A DNA stretch of 64,000 nt from a bacterium (lineage in GTDB: Archaea > Thermoplasmatota > E2 > JACPAO01 > JAHFTW01). Under the pieces are notes generated by a model. The model was not told where the DNA came from and ran no database searches. It saw only the letters and a program-made list of their open reading frames with translations. The stretch spans positions 96,001 through 160,000 of the forward strand of contig JAZJZE010000011.1 in the NCBI GenBank assembly GCA_040390065.1. The letters run 5' to 3'. Each line of letters starts with the position of its first letter. Position 1 is the stretch's first letter. The translations under genes and the position numbers were made by a program. This document shows, piece after piece, positions 9,666 through 17,469 of the stretch.

Positions 9666-10870
9666 GGCAGGTCGACCTCCCTGGGGGTGAGGCATTCGGC
9701 GCCGCCGACGCGCACCCGCACGGTGGTAGGGCCGCTTGTTCCCTTGCCAGGAAGCCGGATGCGCAGGGCGCCTTTGGCTGGGGACGTGACGTTGCCGGCC
9801 GGTACAGCGGTCTCGCCAAGCAGGACCTGCGTTTCCTCCTGGGAGGACGCGAGCATGTCGCCTTCGATTACCAGGGCGCCGTTGTCCAGACGCGCGTCGA
9901 CGATCGTGGGGACCACGACAAGGCCCGCATGGTTCGAGCAAAATTGCAGGGGCTTGCCGCGCTTGCCCCGAGGGAGGTCCGGGGCGAACGGGGCGCTTAC
10001 GTAGACCGTGCGCGGCCCCGGCTCCAGGCCGGCATTGCGGGGAACAGAAACGGTGATGCGGTTTCCAGCGTCCGACACGACGGCGCCCGTAACCCGGACG
10101 TCTCCAAGCCAGACCTCCAAGCCGTTCGCGCCGAAGCCGGAACCCGTGACGACGAGCGTGTCCCCGGCCTGGACCCAAGGGGACGGGGAGGGCGGATCGG
10201 TTGCGGGGCGGTCGCGGCGCCGGACGGCGACGGCTGTAATGCGCGGCCGCACCAGAGGAGCGACGACGACGCGCGGGCCGGCCGTTTGGACGCCCTTCTC
10301 GAAGCGCGGCGCCGCCACGAGCCGAGGGAAACGGCGCGCCAGCTGACTGTTCAGGAGCACTACGGAGATCATGTACGATGCCGAGAGGCGATGCGTCGTG
10401 GCCAAGGCCTGCCAGACGGAAGACGCCTGATCGACACCCAAGGGTTCCAGCGTAATGCGCAACGCTTCCGGCATCTGCTGCAGGTCGTCGTCGAGCACGT
10501 CCTCGACATTGGCGTCGCCAGGATGGAGGATGGCGTTGTCATGCAGGGCACGCATGGCGTCGCCGAGGATGCGGTGCGCCGCCAGGGAATCCTCGTCGCT
10601 GTCGCCGTAGGCCGTGAGGAGGTAGTGAAGGTCGAGCGACAGGGCAGGCCGGCCATAGGACGCGGGGTGCGCCTGCGGCGACACGTCGCGATTTGCAAGG
10701 AAGGCGTTGCGCCCCACATGGTACAGGTAGATGTTGAGGCGCCGACCGGAGACGTCCCCCACGGGCACCGCCGGTGACGTGATGGTGATTGGAACCTTGT
10801 CGTCCATGGCCTTGAGAAGAAGGCGGCGTAGGGTCCCACTCACTGCTGCCAACGCGTTTGATGAGCTCAC
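9662..10870 (-). CDS. DUF4255 / Afp16-Pvc16-like tail terminator with C-terminal IPT/TIG-like domains
   Basis: SNALAAVSGTLRRLL, RLNIYLYHV..N, LSLDLHYLLTAYG, HRILGDAMRALHD, SASY; the C-terminus has GDTLVVTGSGFG Ig-like repeats. Confidence 0.88.
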   Translation of the reverse strand: MSSSNALAAVSGTLRRLLLKAMDDKVPITITSPAVPVGDVSGRRLNIYLYHVGRNAFLANRDVSPQAHPASYGRPALSLDLHYLLTAYGDSDEDSLAAHRILGDAMRALHDNAILHPGDANVEDVLDDDLQQMPEALRITLEPLGVDQASSVWQALATTHRLSASYMISVVLLNSQLARRFPRLVAAPRFEKGVQTAGPRVVVAPLVRPRITAVAVRRRDRPATDPPSPSPWVQAGDTLVVTGSGFGANGLEVWLGDVRVTGAVVSDAGNRITVSVPRNAGLEPGPRTVYVSAPFAPDLPRGKRGKPLQFCSNHAGLVVVPTIVDARLDNGALVIEGDMLASSQEETQVLLGETAVPAGNVTSPAKGALRIRLPGKGTSGPTTVRVRVGGAECLTPREVDLP

Positions 10871-10872
10871 GG

Positions 10873-12381
10873 CTATCCTCCCTCCATGGGCCAGCGGCCG
10901 TTGTGGCGGGCCTCGGCAAAGGTATCGAATCCCGTGGCGGTGGCGCGGCGGCGGGGCGCTGGGACGGGTGGAGATTCGAGGGTGACGCGGCCAATCTCGA
11001 CGCGAATCTCGGGCTTCGACGGCGGCAACTGGGGTGCCGGCGACGGCCAGATCGCCTGCGACGGTGTGGGCTGCAGCGTCGCGAGGGAATCGGTTGCGAC
11101 GGCCTCATCCCTCCCGGCCGTGCGCGCTTCTCCGATAGACTTGGCAGGTGGCACGGCGGCCGGCGCCGCCCGCCGGAGGACGGAGGCGGGCGTGCGCTCG
11201 CCGTGTGCCTGCCCCTTCCGTGGATGGTGCGCCGGTCCTGCTTCCTGGGTCAACGGCGCCGCGGTCAGGGCTGGGGTGGCGGGCTCTGCGGCCGGCACGG
11301 CCGGCGTGGCGCTTGGCTGGACCATGACGCGGGGCGGCTGCGGAGCAGTATCGGAGCGGCTGGACCTGCCCCGTTCCATCCGCCGGAAGACCATGCCGGC
11401 CTGCCTCGCCGCGGCCGCCGGCGGTGTGCCGCCCCCTCGTGCCAGGCGAGCAGGCAGATCATGTGTCGCGCGCGCCTTCGCGGTTACAGCGGAGCGTTCT
11501 GTCGTTGGGGTCTGCTCCTTCTCGTCTGGGCGGCGGACGGCCGGCCGGTTCTTGCCCGAGACGGCCTTCGGTGTCGCGCGCAACGCCTGGCGCCGGGCAA
11601 CAGAATCCTCCGTCGTGACGTCGGGCGCCGGCGAGGGCGCATCGATGGGACCATGCGGTGGCATCGGGGTCGGCGCTGCCCGCGGCGCCGATTGCTCCGT
11701 CATCCGGGCCGTCGAGCGCTGGTCCTGCGCAATGCTCTGCGGTCCGCGCGCGGAAGGGCGAATGGCCACTTGCTGCGCCCCTGACCGGGATAGCCCGCCC
11801 GTCTTGTGCGTGGGAGAAGGAGATTGGGGCGGGGCGTCCTCCCAAGGTGGGCCCTGGTCCGGCGGCGCGGCGAGGGACGATGGCGAGGCGACGAGTCGCC
11901 TCGTGGCCAGCGGCACCCGGGAGGTCGTCGGCGCCACCCACCCACTCGCGGCCGACGGCGCGTGTGCCTGGGGGGCGGGCGTAACCGGTTCGGACCTTGT
12001 CGCTTGCATGGGCCGGGCAGGCGGGGGAGCATGGCCGGGTGCTGTCCGAAGCCGGGCGGACGAGGGGGCGTGTGCCAAATGCGGCACGGGCGGGTCTTCC
12101 GGATTCTTCCTCCGCGGTTGACCGGCGGTCCGGGGCTGCTTCCCACTCACCTCCACACCGGTGGCATTCGCCGCCGGGCGCCGGGGTTGAACGGGGGCGT
12201 CGATTGGCCCCGGCAGCGCCGCCACACCGGCCGGGAGAGCAGGGTGGTCTGCGTCACCCGGAAAGGCTGGAATCGCAGGGTCGTGCGCCGTCCACGCGGG
12301 GGCCGAAAGCGGTGGCAGGCGCAGCGGGAGGCCGCCACCGTCGACACCGCGTTGCGCAAGCCGCACGAGAAACCCGTTCAC
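10873..12381 (-). CDS. Pro/Ala-rich low-complexity eCIS protein (possible tape-measure equivalent)
   Basis: Start GTG 12381 (GTGA overlap), MNGFLVRLAQRG. About 500 aa, mostly disordered, ending PEIRVEIGRVTLE. In operon register with neighbours. Confidence 0.65.
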   Translation of the reverse strand: MNGFLVRLAQRGVDGGGLPLRLPPLSAPAWTAHDPAIPAFPGDADHPALPAGVAALPGPIDAPVQPRRPAANATGVEVSGKQPRTAGQPRRKNPEDPPVPHLAHAPSSARLRTAPGHAPPPARPMQATRSEPVTPAPQAHAPSAASGWVAPTTSRVPLATRRLVASPSSLAAPPDQGPPWEDAPPQSPSPTHKTGGLSRSGAQQVAIRPSARGPQSIAQDQRSTARMTEQSAPRAAPTPMPPHGPIDAPSPAPDVTTEDSVARRQALRATPKAVSGKNRPAVRRPDEKEQTPTTERSAVTAKARATHDLPARLARGGGTPPAAAARQAGMVFRRMERGRSSRSDTAPQPPRVMVQPSATPAVPAAEPATPALTAAPLTQEAGPAHHPRKGQAHGERTPASVLRRAAPAAVPPAKSIGEARTAGRDEAVATDSLATLQPTPSQAIWPSPAPQLPPSKPEIRVEIGRVTLESPPVPAPRRRATATGFDTFAEARHNGRWPMEGG

Positions 12382-13235
12382 GGCCGACCTCCTTCCATCC
12401 CTTGTCCGTGCAACAAGGCCAAGTACGACTCCCGGCGCCCAGGGGGCATTGCCAGGATGTCGCGCTCCGCCCAATGGTAATGCAAGGCAATCTCATGCAC
12501 TTGGGTTTGCAGCAGGCGGGCGCGTTGCCGCATCTCGCCTAGTACGTAGGCGCCCGCGTCCAACAGCGCCAGGCTCTCACCGCCGCAGGCAGGGCAGGAA
12601 ATCCCCACCATAGTCTCGGCCTGCGGATCCTCGGTAGCCATTGCGTCAGCTAGATGCGCAAGTCTGCGCCTCCCCCGAGCGCCCTGGAAGGAAGGAACCC
12701 GCCCCCCTTTGCCCGGGACGATGCATCGTCGCGCGATTTCCAGGGCTGCCCGCTGAGGGTCATGGCGGGCCACGGCGGCAACCGCCTCCTGATCCTCACC
12801 GGTTGGAAGCCGGAATTCCATGACGGGAAGGCTGTTGCGCCGTGTGCGAAGCGGCGGCGCGGCAACGGTCTTTGTCGATAGGAGCTGCATCGCGTCAATC
12901 TCGACGTCGATGGCTTGGCCACACGTCGGCTGCGGACACTCGACCTTGCTCTGAACCAAGGAGCCGCAGGCCAGGATGCGCAGGCGCAGCAGGAGTGCCT
13001 CCCGGTCGCCGACCGTCAGCCGACTTGCTATTGCCGGCGTGACCGGGGCGACATCGCCGATGCGAACGACGCAACGGGCAAGGAATCCCGACACCTGGCG
13101 CGCCATGGGAAGTCCGGCCACGTCCTGCGCGTACACTTCGTCGAGACCGCTGGGGGCGACGATGCTTGCGGTCCGATGGCACGTCTCGTCGACCCACAGG
13201 CCGGCGGGCAGCGTGACCGCCTCGATGCGCGTCAT
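12378..13235 (-). CDS. T4 gp26-like baseplate / tail assembly chaperone
   Basis: LTVGDREALLLRLR, CPQPTCG, FRLPTGEDQ, CPACG, VHEIALHYHWAERDILAMP..RR..YL. Confidence 0.82.
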   Translation of the reverse strand: MTRIEAVTLPAGLWVDETCHRTASIVAPSGLDEVYAQDVAGLPMARQVSGFLARCVVRIGDVAPVTPAIASRLTVGDREALLLRLRILACGSLVQSKVECPQPTCGQAIDVEIDAMQLLSTKTVAAPPLRTRRNSLPVMEFRLPTGEDQEAVAAVARHDPQRAALEIARRCIVPGKGGRVPSFQGARGRRRLAHLADAMATEDPQAETMVGISCPACGGESLALLDAGAYVLGEMRQRARLLQTQVHEIALHYHWAERDILAMPPGRRESYLALLHGQGMEGGRP

Positions 13236-13237
13236 GG

Positions 13238-13783
13238 TCAGTTGGCGGGCTCGGCGTACGACGTCTCGTCAGGCTGGCCGACGGTGTAGTCGCGCTCCCA
13301 TCCTTCGTTCTCGAGCTTGATGGTCGAGATGAGAACGGCGTTGCCACTCGCATCCAAGTCGGCCGTGGCTTGGTACTCGGACACCCAGCAACGGTAGACC
13401 ACGTATGACACGACTTTCTGGCCGGACTCGTTGAAGATATCGATGATGATGTCCTTTCGGAAGTCCTTCAATGACACTTCCTTGCCGCCGTCCGTGTCGC
13501 CGGCCATCGGTCCGCCGTAGTTCCATACCTTGTTGGCCCACTGCTCGAAGTCGATGTCATGCGTTACGCCCCGCTCCAGCGTGATGGCTTCGTACTTGGT
13601 CTGGCCTGGCGTTCGGCGCGCACTGCTCGGATCCGCGCCCTCACGCCAGTCGATGGCTTCCGTGTGACGCTTGAGTGCACCAACCTTGTGGACACCGGCG
13701 ACGTACTTTCCGTCCCACTTGACGCGGAACTTGAAGTTCTTGTATGGGTCGAAGCGCTTTGATTCCGCGGTGAATTGTGCCAT
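13238..13783 (-). CDS. Phage tail tube protein (T4 gp19-like, Afp1/5)
   Basis: Start ATG 13783 with TAAGGAGG RBS. RFDPYKNFKFRVKWDG, WREG, PGQTKYEAITLERGVT, IKLENEGWERD. Confidence 0.95.
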   Translation of the reverse strand: MAQFTAESKRFDPYKNFKFRVKWDGKYVAGVHKVGALKRHTEAIDWREGADPSSARRTPGQTKYEAITLERGVTHDIDFEQWANKVWNYGGPMAGDTDGGKEVSLKDFRKDIIIDIFNESGQKVVSYVVYRCWVSEYQATADLDASGNAVLISTIKLENEGWERDYTVGQPDETSYAEPAN

Positions 13784-13794
13784 GCGTTGCCTCC

Positions 13795-15366
13795 TTAGGT
13801 ATTCTCCTGGTGCGTGTATTGGCTGATCTTGATCACGACGAATTCGGCCGGCTTGAGCGGCGCGAAGCCGACGAGAATGTTGACGATGCCGCGGTCGATG
13901 TCCTCTTGCGGGTTCACCTCGGCGTCGCACTTGACGAAGTACGCTTCGTTGGGCGACGCCCCCTGGAATGCTCCCTGCCGGAACAGGCCATGCATGAATG
14001 TGCCGACGTTGAGGCGGATCTGGGACCACAGCGGCTCGTCGTTTGGCTCGAATACGACCCACTGCGTGCCTCGGTAGAGGCTCTCCTCGATGTAGAGGGC
14101 GGTGCGCCGTACGGGGAGGTACTTCCACTGGTCGGCCAGCTGGTCACGGCCGACGGTGGTGCGGGCTCCCCAAAGGACGGTGCCGGTTGCCGGGAAGGTT
14201 CGGAAGCAGTTCAGGCCAAGCTGGTTTAGCTCCCCTTGTTCCATGTCGGTGAGAGTCGTCGCAATGCCGCTGGCTCCGCGCAGGCGGGCGTCCTGACCGG
14301 CCGGAGCCTTCCAAATGCCTCGGCTAGCGTCGGTGCTGGCGATGATGCCCGCGACCGCGCCGCACGGCGGGAACTCGGCCTCGCGGTTGTCCCGGAGGGG
14401 GTCGGGTGCCTTGATTCGTGGGAAGTAGGCTGCAGCGTCCCTGGTGAGCGTAAAGGCGGGCTTCGGAGTGCCGAGCAGGCCGTCCTTGGCGGTCTTCTTG
14501 TCGTTCCACGGGGCGTCGATGAGGAGGATTGCGCGCCGCTTGCCGCAGTACGTCGCTGCATCGTCCCAGTCTTTTGACGCCAGGGCCACTTCTGCGTTTC
14601 CGCGGGGCAAGCAGAGCAGGTTGAAGATGTCGAGTTTGTCGAGGGCATAGACGCCCGTCGGACTTGCTGCGCCTCCAGGCAAGCCAATAAGGGAGACCGT
14701 GATGTCCACATCTTTCCCCTTGGACAGGCGCTTGTAGGTCGGCACGGCCGGCGGGTTGGCGGGTTTCGGCACGGCGAATTTCTTGGCGGTGTTCCATGTT
14801 GGAACGTCCACAAGGTTGGACTCGTCGTGGAGTACGGCCGGTGCAAAGCGAGGATCCGTGGGCTCGCCGGAAAGGTTGGCGAAGACCTCCTCCCGGAGGA
14901 CCGTCGGTGCTTTTGCCGGGTTGCCCCCGGACGCAATTTCCTGCACATGGAGACTGAAGCGCGGTTGGCCTTGTGGCTGGTCGTGTGGCGGACCCGAGGG
15001 TTCCATCGCAATCTGGAGTTGGTTTCCCCAAGTGCCAGGGCTTCGGGCCTCCACGGGGAAGGCGAACAATGTGGCTTCCGCCGCCGCCGCGCCCGTTTTG
15101 CCGTCGTCGCCGCGACGCACGATGGCGGCCTCGGAGCCGCCGTTCTGGAAGAACTGGTAGACAGCGTGGCCCATGGCCGAGTCGAGGGCCAGGCCGCCAA
15201 AGATTCGCTGGTACTCGCCAAAGTTGTTGACGATTGTCGGTTCTTCAATCGGTCCGCGGGGTGCGAAGCCTACGAAGGCGGTGCGGGAGGTCGCGACGCC
15301 CATGATCGTGCGTACCGGGCTTTCCGTTTCCACGACGTAGACGCCGGGATAGGTCAGTTGCTGCAT
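13795..15366 (-). CDS. Phage tail sheath protein (Afp2/3/4-like)
   Basis: Start ATG 15366, MQQLTYPGVYVVE. GIWKAPAG, LWGART, WKYLPVRR, VFEPNDEPLW, AYFVKCD, GFAPLKPAEFVVIKI. Confidence 0.96.
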   Translation of the reverse strand: MQQLTYPGVYVVETESPVRTIMGVATSRTAFVGFAPRGPIEEPTIVNNFGEYQRIFGGLALDSAMGHAVYQFFQNGGSEAAIVRRGDDGKTGAAAAEATLFAFPVEARSPGTWGNQLQIAMEPSGPPHDQPQGQPRFSLHVQEIASGGNPAKAPTVLREEVFANLSGEPTDPRFAPAVLHDESNLVDVPTWNTAKKFAVPKPANPPAVPTYKRLSKGKDVDITVSLIGLPGGAASPTGVYALDKLDIFNLLCLPRGNAEVALASKDWDDAATYCGKRRAILLIDAPWNDKKTAKDGLLGTPKPAFTLTRDAAAYFPRIKAPDPLRDNREAEFPPCGAVAGIIASTDASRGIWKAPAGQDARLRGASGIATTLTDMEQGELNQLGLNCFRTFPATGTVLWGARTTVGRDQLADQWKYLPVRRTALYIEESLYRGTQWVVFEPNDEPLWSQIRLNVGTFMHGLFRQGAFQGASPNEAYFVKCDAEVNPQEDIDRGIVNILVGFAPLKPAEFVVIKISQYTHQENT

Positions 15367-15594
15367 TGAAACACATCCGCGCCGCCGTGATGGCTGGCGA
15401 CGCGGCGCAGAAAGCCCTGCGGTATTTGGTGGCTTCTCACGAAACGATGGCACAATGCAGCTAGCGGCGGGCGATTGTTCCCACTTCGCGCAAGAAGGAT
15501 TCATTTGCGTCCGTGGCGGGGTCGGGGGACGCAAGCAAGGAAGTTCCCATGTTGCGCGAATTCCGATTATCTTGCCCTGTCGTTTCGTCTGCGC

Positions 15595-16488
15595 ATGCCT
15601 GAGGCTGTGTTGAGGCCGACGCTGCGGCGGGGGTCAAAGGGCCCCTCTGTGACTGAACTCCAAGACGCGCTTAACGGGGCGGGTGCGCAGCCTCCGCTTG
15701 TGCCCGATGGGGACTTCGGTCCCAAGACGTTGGACGCCGTGCTGGCGTTCCAGACGCAGCGGGGACTCGTGGTCGATGGAATCGTTGGCCCCCAGACATG
15801 GGCGGCCCTGGACGGGTCGACTGCGCCGGCGCCACCGACCCCCGTACCGATGCCGCCGAGTCCCATGACCGCTGACTGGACGGTCGTTCCGGCAGACGGC
15901 CGCATGCTCTACGCAATGGAGATTCTCGTGAACGCCTACGGCTATCCGGTCAATGGTGCAGCGGGGCTCGTCGGGAACCTCCACGCAGAATCAGGCGTAA
16001 TCCCGAACCGCCTTGAGGGGAGCCAGGCGGCCTCGCCGATGCGGGCACCCGACTTCGTCGGCCGGCCGGCTGACTTCACGGCCGACCAGGTCATGAACCG
16101 CAACGGCCCAGGGCAACGGGGACCCCGGCTCCCCGGCGTTGGTCTCGCGCAGTGGACGTCAGCCAACCGCCGCGCCGGCCTGTTCGGCCATGCGTTTCGT
16201 GGCATCGTCCTCGGGTCGTCCATTGTCTTCGACATGGATGCGCAGCTGGATTACCTGGTCAATGAACTCGGCGGCTCGTTTGTAGGCGTCAACCAAGTCA
16301 TCCGCAACCCCACCATCGCCGTGGATGCGGCCAGCGACGAAGTCGTGTACCGGTTCGAAGTGCCAGGGGCAGTGCTGGCCAACGGGGCCCTTCTTCCACG
16401 CACGGATCCACGGGTGCAGGCCGTATTCGCGCAGCGCCTGGCGTCGTCCCAGGCTGCGCTCCGGGCGTACCGTGCCGTTCACCCGTGA
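15595..16488 (+). CDS. Peptidoglycan-binding domain + phage tail lysozyme (Phage_lysozyme2-like muramidase)
   Basis: Start ATG 15595. PG_binding_1 motif LRRGSKGPSVTELQ..L...DGDFGPKT..AV.AFQ..RGLVVDGIVGPQTW, then GAAGLVGNLHAES (catalytic Glu), GLAQWT, AQLDYLVNEL, RFEVP. No signal peptide. Confidence 0.85.
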   Translation: MPEAVLRPTLRRGSKGPSVTELQDALNGAGAQPPLVPDGDFGPKTLDAVLAFQTQRGLVVDGIVGPQTWAALDGSTAPAPPTPVPMPPSPMTADWTVVPADGRMLYAMEILVNAYGYPVNGAAGLVGNLHAESGVIPNRLEGSQAASPMRAPDFVGRPADFTADQVMNRNGPGQRGPRLPGVGLAQWTSANRRAGLFGHAFRGIVLGSSIVFDMDAQLDYLVNELGGSFVGVNQVIRNPTIAVDAASDEVVYRFEVPGAVLANGALLPRTDPRVQAVFAQRLASSQAALRAYRAVHP

Positions 16489-16818
16489 ATGGTCGGTCGA
16501 CGACGAGCCAATCGGGAAACTTGGGGGCCGTGGAGGTTCCTTGCCCGGCGCGGGCGGCGCGCCGCCTCCAAAACGTCACACCACGTAGCGCCGGGCCGGC
16601 CGCGATTCGGCACCAGCGACACACGCGGGCTGGGTGTGGCAGGTTGGCTCTCTTCATTTCATCGTCGGCGCTTGCCCAGGCCCGCAACCCTGACCCCTTC
16701 TTGGTTTCAATCCCGTCTGGAGCGTGGGCGGCCGTGGGTCGGCCCATGTCTCGTGAAAAACGTACTTGCGGCGCCTATGCGTGGCATACTTGTGTCACGT
16801 GCAAAGGGCTCGACCGGT

Positions 16819-17331
16819 GTGTCTGAACAACAGAAAATGCTGACCGATGCAGAGGCTTGGATTGCGTGCTTTTACTTCGAGCAATACGTGGTTGCGGGTT
16901 ACGAGCCCCAGATGTTGCCAGCGGGTTTTGTCCGAGCCAGTGCCCTTCAGCTTCTGGAAGGCGTCGCGGCGATGACGCCAGTGCAGTTCGCCGCACTTCG
17001 CGAGGCGCCCAGTCGCTGGCAAAATTATCTCGCCACGTGGCCAGGATTGTCGATGGAGCAACGCGGGCAGGTGCGGGCGGCCTGGAGCGAACGGTGCGGC
17101 TTGGCGGCCTCCAGCGTCGGCACAGCAACGGCGTTGCCTCCGCCGGCGCCAGTCCAGGATCGCGCGCAACGGATCCTTCAGGAAATTCGGGAAGCCGAGG
17201 CGCGCGGCGACCATGCGCGGGCCCGCGCAATTGGGGAAAAATTCGCCGTGGAGAGCCGCGCCCAGCATGTCGGGCACATGAACCTGATGGCGACAATTGC
17301 CAACCCATTGAACCCAACGCGCTACATCTGA
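16819..17331 (+). CDS. Hypothetical helical protein between the two candidate effectors
   Basis: 3' half of ORF 16489-17331 reads like a real protein from GTG 16819 or ATG 16837. No family recognised. Confidence 0.55.
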   Translation: MSEQQKMLTDAEAWIACFYFEQYVVAGYEPQMLPAGFVRASALQLLEGVAAMTPVQFAALREAPSRWQNYLATWPGLSMEQRGQVRAAWSERCGLAASSVGTATALPPPAPVQDRAQRILQEIREAEARGDHARARAIGEKFAVESRAQHVGHMNLMATIANPLNPTRYI

Positions 17332-17469
17332 CGGCGGCCAACTTGGTCTCCAAGAACCCTGCTAGAGAACCTATTCTGGCCGGCAAGGACGTCCGCAGCT
17401 TCGACCTTCGCCTGGGTAGCGACCGGCGCACCCGTCTCTCGTGAGAATCGCCTTTGTACCGGCCGGAGA

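Noticed and set aside
1-15366. Prophage tail region or T6SS
   Set aside because: No capsid, portal, terminase or TssJLM/ClpV/TssK genes in view; Afp15-like ATPase and DUF4255 point to eCIS. The region left of the window is unseen.
16489-16818. 5' extension of the 280-aa ORF, and the long 5' extensions of ORFs starting 19257, 34614, 44326, 46256, 51045, 51971
   Set aside because: Extensions are low-complexity Arg/Pro-rich or overlap upstream genes; signal peptides, RBSs and stop/start overlaps support the downstream starts used here.
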